Below, one piece after another: positions 1 through 12,265 of a stretch of DNA of 64,000 nt. Both the position numbers and the translations under genes were made by a program. The notes beneath the pieces are model-generated. The model saw only the letters and a list, made by a program, of their open reading frames with translations, was not told the DNA's origin and searched no databases. Within the stretch, counting starts at the first letter, position 1, and every line of letters begins with the position of its first letter. The DNA comes from Felis catus. Its lineage: Eukaryota. The stretch spans positions 210,244,001 to 210,308,000 of the forward strand of contig NC_058368.1 in NCBI RefSeq assembly GCF_018350175.1. Direction: 5' to 3'.

Positions 1-160
1 GTGGGGGAGGGGCAGAGAGAGAAGGAGACACAGAATCCGAAGCAGGCTCTAGGCTCTAGGCTCTGAGCTGTCATCACAGAGCCCGACCTGGGGCTCAAAC
101 TCACTGTGAGACCATGAACTGAATTTGGACACTCAACCGACTGAGCCACCCAGGCACCCC
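1..160 (-). mobile_element. Can-SINE (SINEC), cut by window start
   Basis: reverse-complement tRNA-derived head ending ...caggcacccc. Confidence 0.9.
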
Positions 161-376
161 TCTCTTTCACTCTTTATAATGTCTCCAGAATAGCTGATTA
201 ATATCTCTGGTTGAACTTAGATCGTGGACTCCAAAATATATCTAACATTGATCTTGTTTCCACTCTTACCCGTATTTATATTCTCTTCCCACTGCAGCCA
301 GAGTGACTTCTCTGCTCCAAATCTTATGGTGGCTCCCTTATCTAACTCAGAGTACAATCTAATTCTTTATTCTGGC

Positions 377-490
377 TAGGGTGACCAACTCATCCTGGTT
401 TGCCAAGGACTTTTCTAGTTTTAGCACCAAAAGTTCTATGTCCTGGGAAAATTGTCAGTCTCAGGCAAACTGGAACAGTTGGTCTCCTTC
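377..490. mobile_element. MER81-like hAT-Blackjack MITE
   Basis: 114 bp with degenerate terminal inverted repeats TAGGGTGACCAAC...GTTGGTCTCCTT. Confidence 0.75.
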
Positions 491-624
491 GCTGTGATAT
501 GTAAGACTCTACGTTTTCTGGCTCCTCATTATTCTTTGTCCTTTTCTCCTGTTATTTTTCTCTTATTTGAGCCATTCTACCCTCTACTTGAATGTATCCA
601 TTGGCATTAAAAATGTAACATGTC

Positions 625-956
625 TGAGCGCCTGGCTGGCCCAGTCCGTAGAGCATGTGGCTTTTTTTTTTTTTAATGTTTATCTTTGAGAGAGAGAGAG
701 AGAGAAAGAAAGAGAGGGAAGGAGGAAGGGAAAGAGAGGGAGACAGAGAATCCTGAGCAGGCTCCGCACCATCAGTGTGGAGTCTGACATGGGGCTCGAA
801 CTCATGAACGGTGTGATCATGACCTGAGCTGAATCAAGAGTCGGGTACTTAACTAACTGACCCACCCAGGTGCCCCATGTGAGTCTTAATCTCAGAGTCA
901 TGAGTTTAAGCCTCACATTGGGCATGGAGCCTATTAAAAAAATAAATAAATAAATA
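625..956 (+). mobile_element. Older short Can-SINE interrupted by an antisense SINE at 662-876
   Basis: head at ~625-660 resumes at 877; flanking taacatgtctg/taacatgcctg. Confidence 0.75.
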
Positions 957-1500
957 ACATGCCTGCAAATGAACCTATGTCCTTTGCCCTCCCCTACCAT
1001 ACTCGATGAATGGAGTCATAACCTGTGCTAAAGCTGTGACCACCTGTCCTTCATCCACCCCCTCACCCCCACCCCATCCCCACCTTACCACACTGGTCTA
1101 TGGATCTAATTCTGAGTTCTTGGGATCTTACCTTTGAGTCCATCTCTTGCCATCGTCACTGCTAATGAACACCGTGTAGGCGTTGATAGTTTGTTGTTTA
1201 AATTACCACAGTAGCTCCCAGTCTTGCTCTTTCCAACCCATCCATTACACTTTGTCTTCATGTTACTCCAAAGTACAAATAGTGTATCCACTCCTAAATT
1301 AGAGTCTTTTAGGCTTTCCCATGACTTTTAGGATACATTGCAAATTCCTTAGTATAATAGTATGATCTTTCACCATCTGTTGCCTATTTGCTTTTTAGTT
1401 TAATCTATCCTCATTTACTGTATGCTCTTCAGTAAAAAACAAAACAACAACAAAAAAACCACCTCTAGGAACAGCCTAGGATTCTTCCTAAGGCTGTTTC

Positions 1501-2055
1501 TTTTTTTTTTTTTTTTGAATCGCATCTTTTCTCCCAGTTTTGTTGAGATATAATTGACATGCAGACTGCATAAATTTCAACGTTTATTTATTTTTGGGAC
1601 AGAGAGAGACAGAGCATGAACGGGGGAGGGGCAGAGAGAGAGGGAGACACAGAATCGGAAACAGGCTCCAGGCTCTGAGCCATCAGCCCAGAGCCCGACG
1701 TGGGGCTCGAACTCACGGACCGTGAGATCGTGACCTGGCTGAAGTCGGACGCTTAACCGACTGCGCCACCCAGGCGCCCCCAGACTGCATAAATTTAAGG
1801 TGTAACGCATAATGACTTATACATAATGTGAAATGATTGCTACAGTAAATTTACTTATCTCATATAGACATGAAAAAAAAGGGCTTTTTTTTTGTGATGA
1901 GAACTCTTAGGATCTACTCTTTTAATAACTTTCAGATATACTATACAGCAGTGTTAGCTGTAGTCATCCTGTTGTCCATTACATCCCCAGTACTTACGGT
2001 CTTATAAGTGGAAGTTTGTACCTTTGACCATCCTCACCAGTTCCTCTACTGCCCA
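1501..2055 (-). mobile_element. L1 3' end (L1MA9/L1_Carn-like), split by a SINE
   Basis: poly-T, then ttgagatataattgac...cttaggatctactct...gcagtgttagctgtagtcatc. Confidence 0.75.
1578..1780 (-). mobile_element. Young SINEC_Fc
   Basis: 16-bp TSD cagactgcataaattt (1562-1577 and 1781-1796). Confidence 0.95.
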
Positions 2056-2972
2056 CTCTGATGGCCGTTCTTAAGTGCAAATGTTCGATCTGAGCGTCTG
2101 CTGACACCATGGGTGGAGGCTTTCCTCTGGTGAGGAGCTTTGTTGATATTTAAGACAGTAGGATTTGAAAGAATAAGTGAAAGAGTTCTCCCAAAGGCCC
2201 ATATTCTTTTCATGTCTATATATGCGCTTTTGTCCAGAATGCCCTTATACCACATACTGAGTTGTGTAGTTGTATAATTGTTCATTCATGACTCTGGTGC
2301 ATCTTGTGGCTCTGGCTATAATTCCCGGTAGAGAGTGCTTATCTTTTCATATCGTTTTCTGCTTGGAAAATATGTTTTCTGTTTGTCTCCTTAGACTATA
2401 CATTTCTTGAGCATAGGACTTTGTATTTTAATTTTCTATTGCTTTTATAGTATTATATGTGGTCCATAGACAGTAAACTTTTGAACTGAATGATTAATTA
2501 AATGCTTTTAGGGAATAGGGCTAGGACCCCAACCTAGCTGAGTAAAAATTTCTTGAGCATAAGTTATTGAGATCATTGGTTCAGTAAATATTTTTTTGAC
2601 TGCTTTCAGTGTTGATGCATGTATATTTTAGAAATTCTTATGGCATATTTTTATATCGTTAAGAGATTCTTTAGTGGTCACATTTCATACAGTTTGTTGA
2701 GACATATTTTCCTTTAAAAACCTGGCTTAATAGTCATAAGCTTGTGGAGATTTTGAAACTGGTAAACAGACACTACTGCTTCTCTAATGTCTACCTAGAA
2801 TAATAGGCTTTAGAAGTCCTTTGGTTTCTCTTCTTGTCTACAGGCCAGAAACGTATTAAGCCTCCTAGCTTGTTCGGTAATTCAGGTTGCCTGACTTCTT
2901 TTCCTTAAGCACTGTGGTGACTCACAAGCCTTAATCCTAGAAGTTAATATTCAACTTAAATTTCCTTTCCTC

Positions 2973-3220
2973 TATTAGTTATCAAATGCTGCATAACAAA
3001 TCAAACCAGAACTTAAAGGCTTAAGTAGTAAAAATCACTTATTATCTCTCCTGGTTTCTGTGTATCTGGAATTCAGGAGTGGCTTGGATGGGTGGTTTGG
3101 CTTGAGATCTCTCCTCATAAGGTTATAGTTACATGTCAGGTGGGGCTGCAGGCACTTGGAGGCTTGACTTGGGCTCAGAGATACCCTCTAAGATGGTTCA
3201 CTCACATGGTCACTCACATG
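2973..3220 (-). mobile_element. MLT1-type (MaLR) LTR fragment
   Basis: tattagttatc...gctgcataacaaatca...ggctt, typical of an MLT1 end. Confidence 0.7.
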
Positions 3221-3332
3221 TAAATTAAACATACAACTTCGGTTTGTCTCGTTTGTATTCTGCAATCGTCTACTGAACTTTTAAATAATAATGACATTTG
3301 AATGCTTAATAATTAAAATAGGGTATATGACA

Positions 3333-3716
3333 TGTAGTAGCTAGCCTACAAGATAGCTGCCTAGCATTTACACCTTTTTGTGGTTACCTCTCCCCTTCTG
3401 TATTCAATCAGGACTGACCTATGGAATATGGTATGACAGTGTGTAGATTCCAAGGCCAGGTCATAAATGGTATTCCAGCTTCTGTTTTGGTCTTTTGGAT
3501 TGTACATTCTGGGGTAAGTCAGCCAGCATGATGTGAAGATAGTCAAGCAGCCCTATGGAGAGGCTCACGTGCAGAAGAATTGAGGTGTCTTGCCAATAGC
3601 TCACACAATTTGCCAGCCCTGTGAGTGAGCCACACTGAAAATGAATCGTTCAGGCCAAGTCAGACCTTCAGATGCTCACAGCCCTAGCTGATATCTGACT
3701 ATAACCTCATGAGAGA
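3333..3716 (+). mobile_element. MLT1F-like LTR, 5' part
   Basis: starts tgtagtagctagcctacaagat; contains caagcagccctatggagaggc. Confidence 0.7.
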
Positions 3717-4155
3717 TTGTTCTCTCTAGGATGTTTTAGACCTCCAGTTGACCCTAGCTGGTATTGTTCTATCAAATGACTGCTGATACCTTTTATATAC
3801 TTAGCACTATGTAAAGTGTTGCAGGGAGTATAGAAATTAAAACACTTAGGCCTTGCCTAAGTGTCTTAATTTCAGTGTTGATCCACTCAGATAAAGAAAT
3901 TGACTAGTCACGACTTTGTAAAAAGGTTTTTCTCTGCTCTTCACACTTAATGTAGTTATTTTGAAGAGTTTGTTTTGCAAAGCCTACTCTCAATATTTCC
4001 TTCAAGATCAACGCATCATGTAATGATGATTGAGCTTTCTGGACACCTATTCTCATGTTAGGTGCCATATTATCTCATCTTTCTATAGCAACTATAGGCA
4101 ATCTTAACACTGTAATTTGCAATTTTTTTAAAAAAAATTGTCTTCTGCATCAAGC

Positions 4156-4359
4156 TTTTTTTTTTTTTTTAATGTTTATTTTTGAGAGAAAGACTGAGAG
4201 TGGGAGAGGGACAAAGAGAGAGGGAGACATAGAATCTAAAGTAGTCTCTAGGCTCCGAGCTGTCAGCACAGTCTGACATAGGACTCGAACTCATGAACCA
4301 CAAGATCATGACCTGAGCCAAAGTCAGACACTCAACCAACTGAGCCACCCAGGCGCCCC
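4156..4359 (-). mobile_element. Can-SINE
   Basis: TSD catcaagctttt. Confidence 0.92.
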
Positions 4360-4965
4360 ATACATCAAGCTTTTAACTCCTTGAAAAGGAGTTAATTCTT
4401 CTATATTTTTTTAATAAATGAAGGATTGCATTGGATTAAGCTTTATGATTTCTCTTTATAACTTGGAATATCTTAAATGACATTTAAAAGATTTATGGTT
4501 CACTTTTGAACCATAAATAGTTTGATTCCTCAGAATAACCTTTTGAGATTGGTGGTTCTATCACCCTTTTAGAGATGAGGAATCTGATGTTAAAATGACT
4601 TGCCTAAAGTTAATAGATAAATATTATAAAAGTAGGATGCAAATGTCACTATACCATCAGATAATTTTATAGGGAAATCAATCAGTGGCACATTTGCTGT
4701 TATTTTTTAGTTTCACTGTAATGTGGAAACTTAAGTGGTTTTGTGTATCATGGCATTAAAGCTGTATGTAAAATCACTTTGGTCTTTCTGTTTGGTCTTT
4801 CTGTCTTATTGAAAATACAGAAAACTTTGTAGCAAAAAAATGAAGTATAGAATAAAAATTTACAAAATTTTATGTCTGATTTTTATAGCTTAGTGATACC
4901 TTTTGAATTAATTTTTTTTTTCCTCTTTCTTCCCTTTACACCACTCCAAATCTCTTAAAATAAAG

Positions 4966-5049
4966 GTCTGAGGGTCATTTATGTCTTCCTGTTCGATATA
5001 CACATTCCTTTCCAGAAGCCTTACAGAAGTTCTATCGTGGTGAGTTCAG
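4966..5049 (+). CDS. NADK2: NADK2 internal coding exon (84 nt, phase 2-2; probably exon 5)
   Basis: taaag|G...TTCAG|gtagg; translates (R)SEGHLCLPVRYTHSFPEALQKFYRGEF(R), matching recalled mammalian NADK2. Confidence 0.96.
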
Positions 5050-6459
5050 GTAGGAATTTCTTACAGTTGTTTTACAAATAATCTTAATAAATATGTGCTA
5101 TTAAAAATGCTATTGAACAGTACAAGTTAGATAATATTTGGCTTAGTCCATAGTTACAACAGTAGCCATAAAAAGTAATAAACTAGCTGAGTCACAAACA
5201 TCTCTATCTTACTTTCTTCTAGTCCAGGTGGAACTGTCCAGAAACCCTGACAAGTGCCCTTGGCCTGTAACATAATTGCACGTGGAGAGGTTTTCTCCAT
5301 CAGTGAGATAGAGGCCACATTTCTACTTTTAAACCTGGTTCTGTGTTCTTAGCAGTTTGGTAGAAAGATAGTTAAAACTGTTGGCTAAAATTAAGTGTTC
5401 AAATTCTGAGATTTTATATTTTTTATCCTCATCTCCCATCCGGAATGGCTGAGGGTTGGATTTACTCCACTATGCTGAAGGTTCCTGATGTCTTTATTTT
5501 ACATATTAAGTGTATCTTAATATGTAAGTGTATCTTAAGTGTATCTTAAGCAGGGGGATGTTTTTTCATATTTTTTTTCACTTACTGTGTTCGGAGGCCA
5601 GGCTGTCCTGAAAAAAGAAGGATGGGGGGAGGAGCTGAGATGGGGTTGGTGATGATAATAGAGTGAGCCAAGTTGGACTACTTTTTTATTTCCTGATTTA
5701 GACTAGATTTTTATTGTTGGAGAAAGCTTTTTCTCTGGTTTTTGTGAAATTGTATTAAGTCTTCTTGACTTGTGGAATCATTAATAATGATTCCAGTTTC
5801 TATTGATTTCAGAAGTTTGGCACCTCTACAGATGACCAGTTTATAGCTACCAAATGGGAGTATATTTTTACATGCTAATCTAGCAGAATCTGTCCCACTA
5901 ACTTTTTGACACACCAGTTTTTGGTTTTGAAATTAATTTTACCTGATTTTTTTTCCTTTTATCAAAAATGTTTAAGTTTTAGGTATAATCTTAAATGTTA
6001 CAATATTTGTCATTGATTTCTTTTTTATTATTAAAAAAAATCATCATTACAGAATTTTAGGGGAGGGAATTTTGTCTAATCTGACCACCAGAACACAGTA
6101 TTATTTTAATTTCAGAGTGCTTTCTTTTCTTCATGTTATGTTTTTGTATGAGCAAAATGCAACTATATCTAACTCAGTATCTTAGATTTAATGGATATAT
6201 GATAAAGAATTTGGCTTTAATTCAGTTATGTGTGAGATTCTATATAAATACATTAGATATTTCTGTTATAATTGAGAGACCTAATCTCTAAATTTGTCTT
6301 TGAGTAGGAACCTGTGGGTTTTGGATGTTTCTGGTATAATTTGTTCATGGGATAACTAGTTTTTAATATTTTTATTTTTTAATTTGGTGAAATTATATGT
6401 AATTCTAAAAATACTTTATTCTATCTTAAATTAATTTGATTTTCCTTCACTCTTCTAAG

Positions 6460-6596
6460 GTGGTTATGGAGGCAACGAATCAGATTGTACCTTGAAGGGA
6501 CTGGCATAAACCCTGTTCCCGTGGACCTTCACGAACAGCAGCTGAGTTTGAATCAACATAGCAGAGCCTTCAACATTGAAAGAGTTCATGATGAAA
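6460..6596 (+). CDS. NADK2: NADK2 coding exon (137 nt; probably exon 6)
   Basis: ttctaag|G...GAAA|gtagg; WLWRQRIRLYLEGTGINPVPVDLHEQQLSLNQHSRAFNIERVHDE; phases join both neighbours. Confidence 0.96.
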
Positions 6597-7419
6597 GTAG
6601 GTGGATTGGGAATTAGACGTGTTTGGAGCAATATTTAACTTAGAGTTCCTTTGATTTCTAATTTCTAGAAGTAATAATTTATAATTATTTGAGGATTTTA
6701 GTGCCACTGACCATACTTAAGAAAATACAGTGAACTACTTCAGGTGTAAAATTTAATGACTAGATACTGAAATAAGAAGTAAGCATATTTCCAGAAGAAA
6801 TGTTATCTAGGATTGAAAACTTGTTGATTATGGAAGGATTATAAATGTCTAAGAGAAGAGTTGATATTTAAGGACAGATTCTTGGCCTTAATCTTTGAAA
6901 TGTCAAAAAGGAAAAAGAAAGCAGTAGAAATAAAACGAGCTAGTATGTAGATTTCATCATAATTATACACTTGTATAGTTGTATTTAAATGTATTCACCA
7001 CAGTTATGCTCATTGATTTAAAACCTTTTTGTTGAGAAATTTTGCATCTTAGCCTTAAGATTTGTGTTTCAATCTCTGTAAACTGCTAAGAGAATATTAG
7101 CATAAGGTGATATGCAGTTTTTTGTTATGAGTGTTCAGGTGAATTCTCAGTTGTGAGTTAATTTGTGGGTTATAATTTAACCATATTTTCCCACTTTTTC
7201 CAGTAACTATAAGATTTTTATGATACAAGAAGATCCCAAGAGATATACTAGATATCTACGGACTCCAGGAAAAGATATTTTTTTGTCCTGTGTTTCATTT
7301 CTTGGCTAAACTTACCAGGAAAAGCTACCTTTAAATATCTGTTTTGTCTCTGTCTTGTCGTGGTACCTGATGTTTATTTATGGTCATTGTTCTCAGAGTT
7401 TTTCATGGTGATTTAAAGC

Positions 7420-7628
7420 TTTTTATTTTTCAGTTTATTTATTTATTTTGAGAGAGGGAGACAGAGTGCGAGCAGGAGAGGGGCAAAGAGAGGGAGACTT
7501 CCAAGCAGGCTTCCAGCATCAGCACACAGAGCCCAGCACAGGGCTTGAACTCACAAAACCATGAGATTGTGACCTGAGCCAAAATCAAGAGTGGGATGTG
7601 TAACCAATTGAGCCCCCAAGGCACCCCC
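7420..7628 (-). mobile_element. Can-SINE
   Basis: TSD catggtgattta. Confidence 0.92.
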
Positions 7629-8596
7629 CATGGTGATTTATAGGTTTATATAGGTTAGGATATTCTTAAACTATGTGTTCATGTCATGTTTTAAAGATGC
7701 TCCCCCCACCCAATCATACGCATATGGATTCCTATTACTGTTTTTCAAAGACTGCAGTAAGATTTAAATTTTTAACTAAAAGTTTTACTTTATCCCTCAC
7801 CAAAAGAAATTATTGCTACCACCAGAGATGTTTAAGATTTGGCTCTGAAATTCACCAGCTACATTATAGGAAAGCTATAGATTGATATTCAGAGATTCAT
7901 TGCTCAGATTCCTGTCTCAGATTTACTGTTTAGTTTGTAAAACTAAATATATATAGAAACAAAATCACATAGTTATTAACTAAGTAACATCCAGGATGTT
8001 CACATCTGATTAATGTTTTTCTAGAAAAAGAAGAGAAAATGTTCAAAATAAAAAAAACACAAGAGAATTTCTCAAAATGTAGGCACCATTCTTTGAATTG
8101 AAAGGACTCACAAGTAATGGTAACAGATTTCAAACCAAGGTATGTCAGAATATTAGGGATGAAACAAAGCTCCTGAAAGCTTCCAGAGAGGAAGTGGTGG
8201 TGGTGATTGTGGCTGAAGTAGGTTATTTTATATATAAAGAATCTGGAATCAGAATAGTTTCAGAATTCTCAATAGTAACACTGGAAATTACTATGCTTAT
8301 TGTAATAATTATTTTTGTTAGAAGCAATTATATGATATTTAACTGTGTCTAGGCACCATTTTAGAGGGCTTTTTTTGAGTTTTGTTATTTTTATAGCTTT
8401 ATGAGAAAAAATTTAGGAAGATTTCAAATTGTATCTCATTTTTTTCTATTTAAATTCTTAGCAAGTTGGTAGGGAACATTTCTTAGGAGGCTGCCATTAG
8501 GAATTTTGAAATATTGGAGTAGATTTGAGAGTATAAATATGCTACCATGTTTTATCCTGGATTTAGCTTTCTAATAATATATTTATATTTATGTGG

Positions 8597-8974
8597 TTTT
8601 TTTTAAATTTAAATTCAAATTAGTTAACATCAGTATAGTCTTGGCTTCAGGAGTAGAACTCAGTGATTCATCTCTCACATAGGATACCCAGTGCTCATGC
8701 CAAAAAGTGCCCTCTTTAATGCCAATCACCCATTTAACCCGTCCCCCTACCCACCTCCCCTCCAGCAACCCTCAGTTTGTTCTGTGTATTTTAGAGTCTC
8801 TTATGGTTTGCCTCCCTCTCTGTTTATATCTTATTTTTCCTTCCCATCCTGTATGTCCATCTGTCGAGTTTCTCAAATGCCACATGAGTGAAATCATATA
8901 CCTGTCTTTCTTTCACTGACTTATTTCGCTTAGCATAATACCCTCTAGTTCCATCCATGTTGTCTGTTGTAAAT
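8597..8974 (-). mobile_element. Carnivore L1 3' fragment
   Basis: 3' UTR similar to the L1 at 22015-22330 (ttcaggagtaga...ccctccagcaaccct...cttagcataataccctc). Confidence 0.88.
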
Positions 8975-8979
8975 TAAAA

Positions 8980-9199
8980 AAAATTTTTTTTAGAGAGAGC
9001 ATGAGTGGAGGAGAGGGGCAGAGGGAGAGCGAGAGAGAGAGTGAGAGCGAGAGAGAGAAAGAGAGAGAGACAGAATCCTAAGCAAGCTCCACACTCAGCA
9101 CAGAGCTCTATGCCAGGCTTGATTTCATGACCCTGGGTTCATGACCTGAGCCAAAATCAAGAGTCAGATGCTCAACTGACTGAGCCACCCAGGCTCCCC
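8980..9199 (-). mobile_element. Can-SINE abutting the L1 fragment
   Basis: (GA)-rich body; head ends aggctcccc. Confidence 0.9.
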
Positions 9200-9429
9200 T
9201 AGCTTTCTAATTTAGAACCAAAGATTACAGAGAAAAAAAAAAAAATTCTAGTGTTGTGTGTGTTTAACTTTTCAGCTTAAGAAAAATCTATCCTTCATTG
9301 GATTGTATTTATGTGCAAGTTGTTAAAGGATATGTTCAAGGGAAGGTAGGGTTGGTATATTATTATTTTTAAAAATTTTCATCACATAAATTAGCAGCTT
9401 TATTTGCAAGTCGAGTTGTATTAATTTGG

Positions 9430-9760
9430 ATAAGTGAATTGATTTGATAAATAATCCCAGATTCTCAGTGGCTTAACATATTGAAAGTTTATTTCTATTT
9501 CGTGTCACTGTCACCTGGGTGTTGAAGAACTTCCAAACAGTGCCTCCTACCATCTTCTAAGGCCTCTGAGTTTTCTATTGGATCCTCTGGAGCTTGTGGA
9601 AGGAAGAAAGAGCACAGAGTATCTTAAGGCAGGTTTTAGGAGCCAGGCTTTATCACTACTTTTCCTCATATTTCATTGGCCATTACTAGTCTCATGGGTG
9701 TACCCACTGCAAGTAAACCTGGAAACATAGTATAGCAGCATGGTGGTGAAAGAGAATTGT
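9430..9760 (-). mobile_element. Old MLT1 (J/K-like) LTR remnant
   Basis: tctcagtggcttaaca...gaaagtttatttct motif; a similar remnant lies at ~23490-23850. Confidence 0.55.
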
Positions 9761-10253
9761 ACATGTAGTGGTCCCTGTTACTAGTATAACAATTCTATAT
9801 TTAAAAATACAAATTATAATTAATTTTGTAATCCATTGTTTTGGATAGAAAATTGTTAATTGTCCTTTACATGTCCTATTGAATTAAGTTATAAATGTAC
9901 AGTTTCATTGGTTAGGTAATGTTTGGTAGTAGTCAATTAGCATGAAAGAAAATATAGGCAGAATTAAGATGATTAATGAGACCTGAAGCAATCTTAATTT
10001 TCTTGTTTGACAAAGGGTTCTAGGTAAAATTCAGCAAGTACACACAATAAAAGTGCAAAATGGAAAGGAAAATTTGGATAGGGAGAAATGGGAATAGAGG
10101 CAGAAAGTCAAGACTATATAAAATACATGGTTACAGTTTGGTGAGAAATCAGATTTATTAGTAATATTTAGTGAGTACCTACTGTTAGTTTGGCATTTGC
10201 AGAAAATCTGTGGGGAGATGTAAAACAAATTCCATTAGGAATTACCTTACATA

Positions 10254-10552
10254 GGGGTGCCTGGGTGGCTCAGTCAGTTAAGCCTCTGACTTCGGCTCAG
10301 GTCATGATCTCACAGTCTGTGAGTCTGAGCCCTGCGTCAGCCTCTGTGCTGACAGCTCAGAGCCTGGAGCCTGTTTCAGATTCTGTGTCTCCCTCTCTCT
10401 CTGCCCCTCCCCCACTCGCAATCTGTCCCATTCTCTCTCTCTCTGTCTCTCTCTCTGTGTCTCTCTCTCCCTCCCTCCCTCCTTCCCTTCCACCCTCCTT
10501 CCCTTCCACCCTCCTTCCCTCCCTCCCTCAAAAATAAACACTAAAAAGAAAA
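10254..10552 (+). mobile_element. Can-SINE with expanded CT/CCCT tract
   Basis: TSD aggaattacctta. Confidence 0.93.
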
Positions 10553-11044
10553 AGGAATTACCTTATGTAAAGAAAAATAATTTAAAGAATAAAATTTAGT
10601 TTTTTGCATTTGTAAAACTTAAATTTTGACATGTGTGAGAATGATAGATCTAGTACCAAATTAAGACAATTTCAAAAGTTAGGTTTTATAATCTTTAATG
10701 TGAATTTGATTAAACATATCAAATTTTTTGATATACCTTTTTGTGTCAAGTTTTTTCAGCTATATTATGAGATTGAGCTGATCACGTTAGCCCATCGTAC
10801 AATTTAATCAGATAACGAGTTTTCTTATGGTCTTTGGCATTGTATGACAACTTGTTATATTCAAAAGCATCGTTGGGTCCCCCATAGATTGTTAAATCCA
10901 AAAGAAATGAGATACGTGTAATTAGTGTCTAATAAACATATAAACAGGAATATAATAATAGGGTAGCAAGTCAGGAGAATATTAGATCAGTGGTTGTGTT
11001 GGTGACAGTGGTAGAGATTTTATTAGTATATGAGGTGTTTAGTG

Positions 11045-11564
11045 TGTATTAGATATTTATTACTGCATAACGAATCACCCCCAAATTTAGCATCTTAAAA
11101 CACAAATATTTATGATTTCAGAGATTGTGAAGGTCAAGAATCCAAGAACAGGTTAGCTTGTTAGTTCTGGTTTAGAGTCTTTTGGGAGGAGGATCAAGCT
11201 GTCATCCAGGACAGCAGTATCTGAAGACATCTGGGACTGGAAGATGTGCTTCTCAGCTCCTCACATAACTGTTAGCGGGAGGCTTTAGTTCCTCACTATG
11301 TAGGCCTCTTTATTGGACTGCTCATGAAGTCTCTCCCCATCCTCCCAACCCCCCAGAAGCCAAGTGATCTGAGAAAAGAGGCTGAGGTGGAAGGAAGCCA
11401 GGGTGGCTTTTTAAACCAAATCTCGGAAGTGTCGTACCATCACTTGTATCGTACCCTATTTGGTCACATAGACCAAACCTAATATGCTGTCAGAGAGTTA
11501 CACAAGAATGTGAATACCTGGAGGCAGGAATCACTGGGGACCCTGTTAGAGGCTAGTTACCACA
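11045..11564 (-). mobile_element. MLT1F/G-like solo LTR, apparently full length
   Basis: TG...CA ends (tgtattag...taccaca); MLT1 motifs throughout. Confidence 0.75.
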
Positions 11565-12265
11565 GTCCAGGTAGACTTTCAAGCTTTGACTTAGGAGAAA
11601 GCGTGGAGGAGACAGAGAAGGGAACTTGTTCCACAATGCTTGCCCAGCGAGAGTTGGGTGCAATGAATCTGCTTTTGGTGACATTGAGAAGATGAGGTTG
11701 GCATTTCCAGTTGGGAGACTGATAAAAGATAAGTAAAAGAAACCATTTGAAGGTGACAGTTGCAATTTTAATTGAGAAAGCAGTGGGAATCCTTTGGAGG
11801 ATTTTGTGATGAAGTGAGGTTTAAATATCATCAAGGCAGATTACATAAACTGTGCATATAGCCTTATAGAATAAAAAAAAAAAAGATGACATTTTTCAGA
11901 AGTCATGAAAGGAGATGTGGCAGTGTTCCTTCAGGACTACTATTGCTAGAAACACTCTTGAAGTTTTCTATTTAAAAAAAAAGAAATCTGATCTCTAATA
12001 ATAACTGATTTGGTTTCCAGTATGAGCCATGGGTATAATTTGCCACTTAACTTCAAAGTGGCTCTCCTCTGGAAGTACTTGATCATTTCTACCTCTGAAG
12101 CTTTTAGAGAGAAATTAAATGTGACAACAAAAATCTTATGAGAAGAATAAATGTGTATTTTCTCGGTCTTGAAAAATTGTTTCAAGAAGAATTAAGGCTT
12201 ATTTTGGAGAGCTAGAGGCTTCATTGCAGCAGTGTTAGGTGACTTTGAGGTTCATATTATGAACA

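Noticed and set aside
1577..1810. Recurring peptide GAPGWRSRLSVRLQPGHDL... in several ORFs
   Set aside because: Translation of young SINEC_Fc copies, not a gene family
3221..3332. Possible mitochondrial insertion (numt)
   Set aside because: I could not match it to any mitochondrial gene or control-region motif by eye; left unassigned
5507..5550. Three copies of taagtgtatct; similar short duplications at ~4779-4804 and ~18307-18380
   Set aside because: Ordinary slippage or microduplication; not a spacer-repeat array
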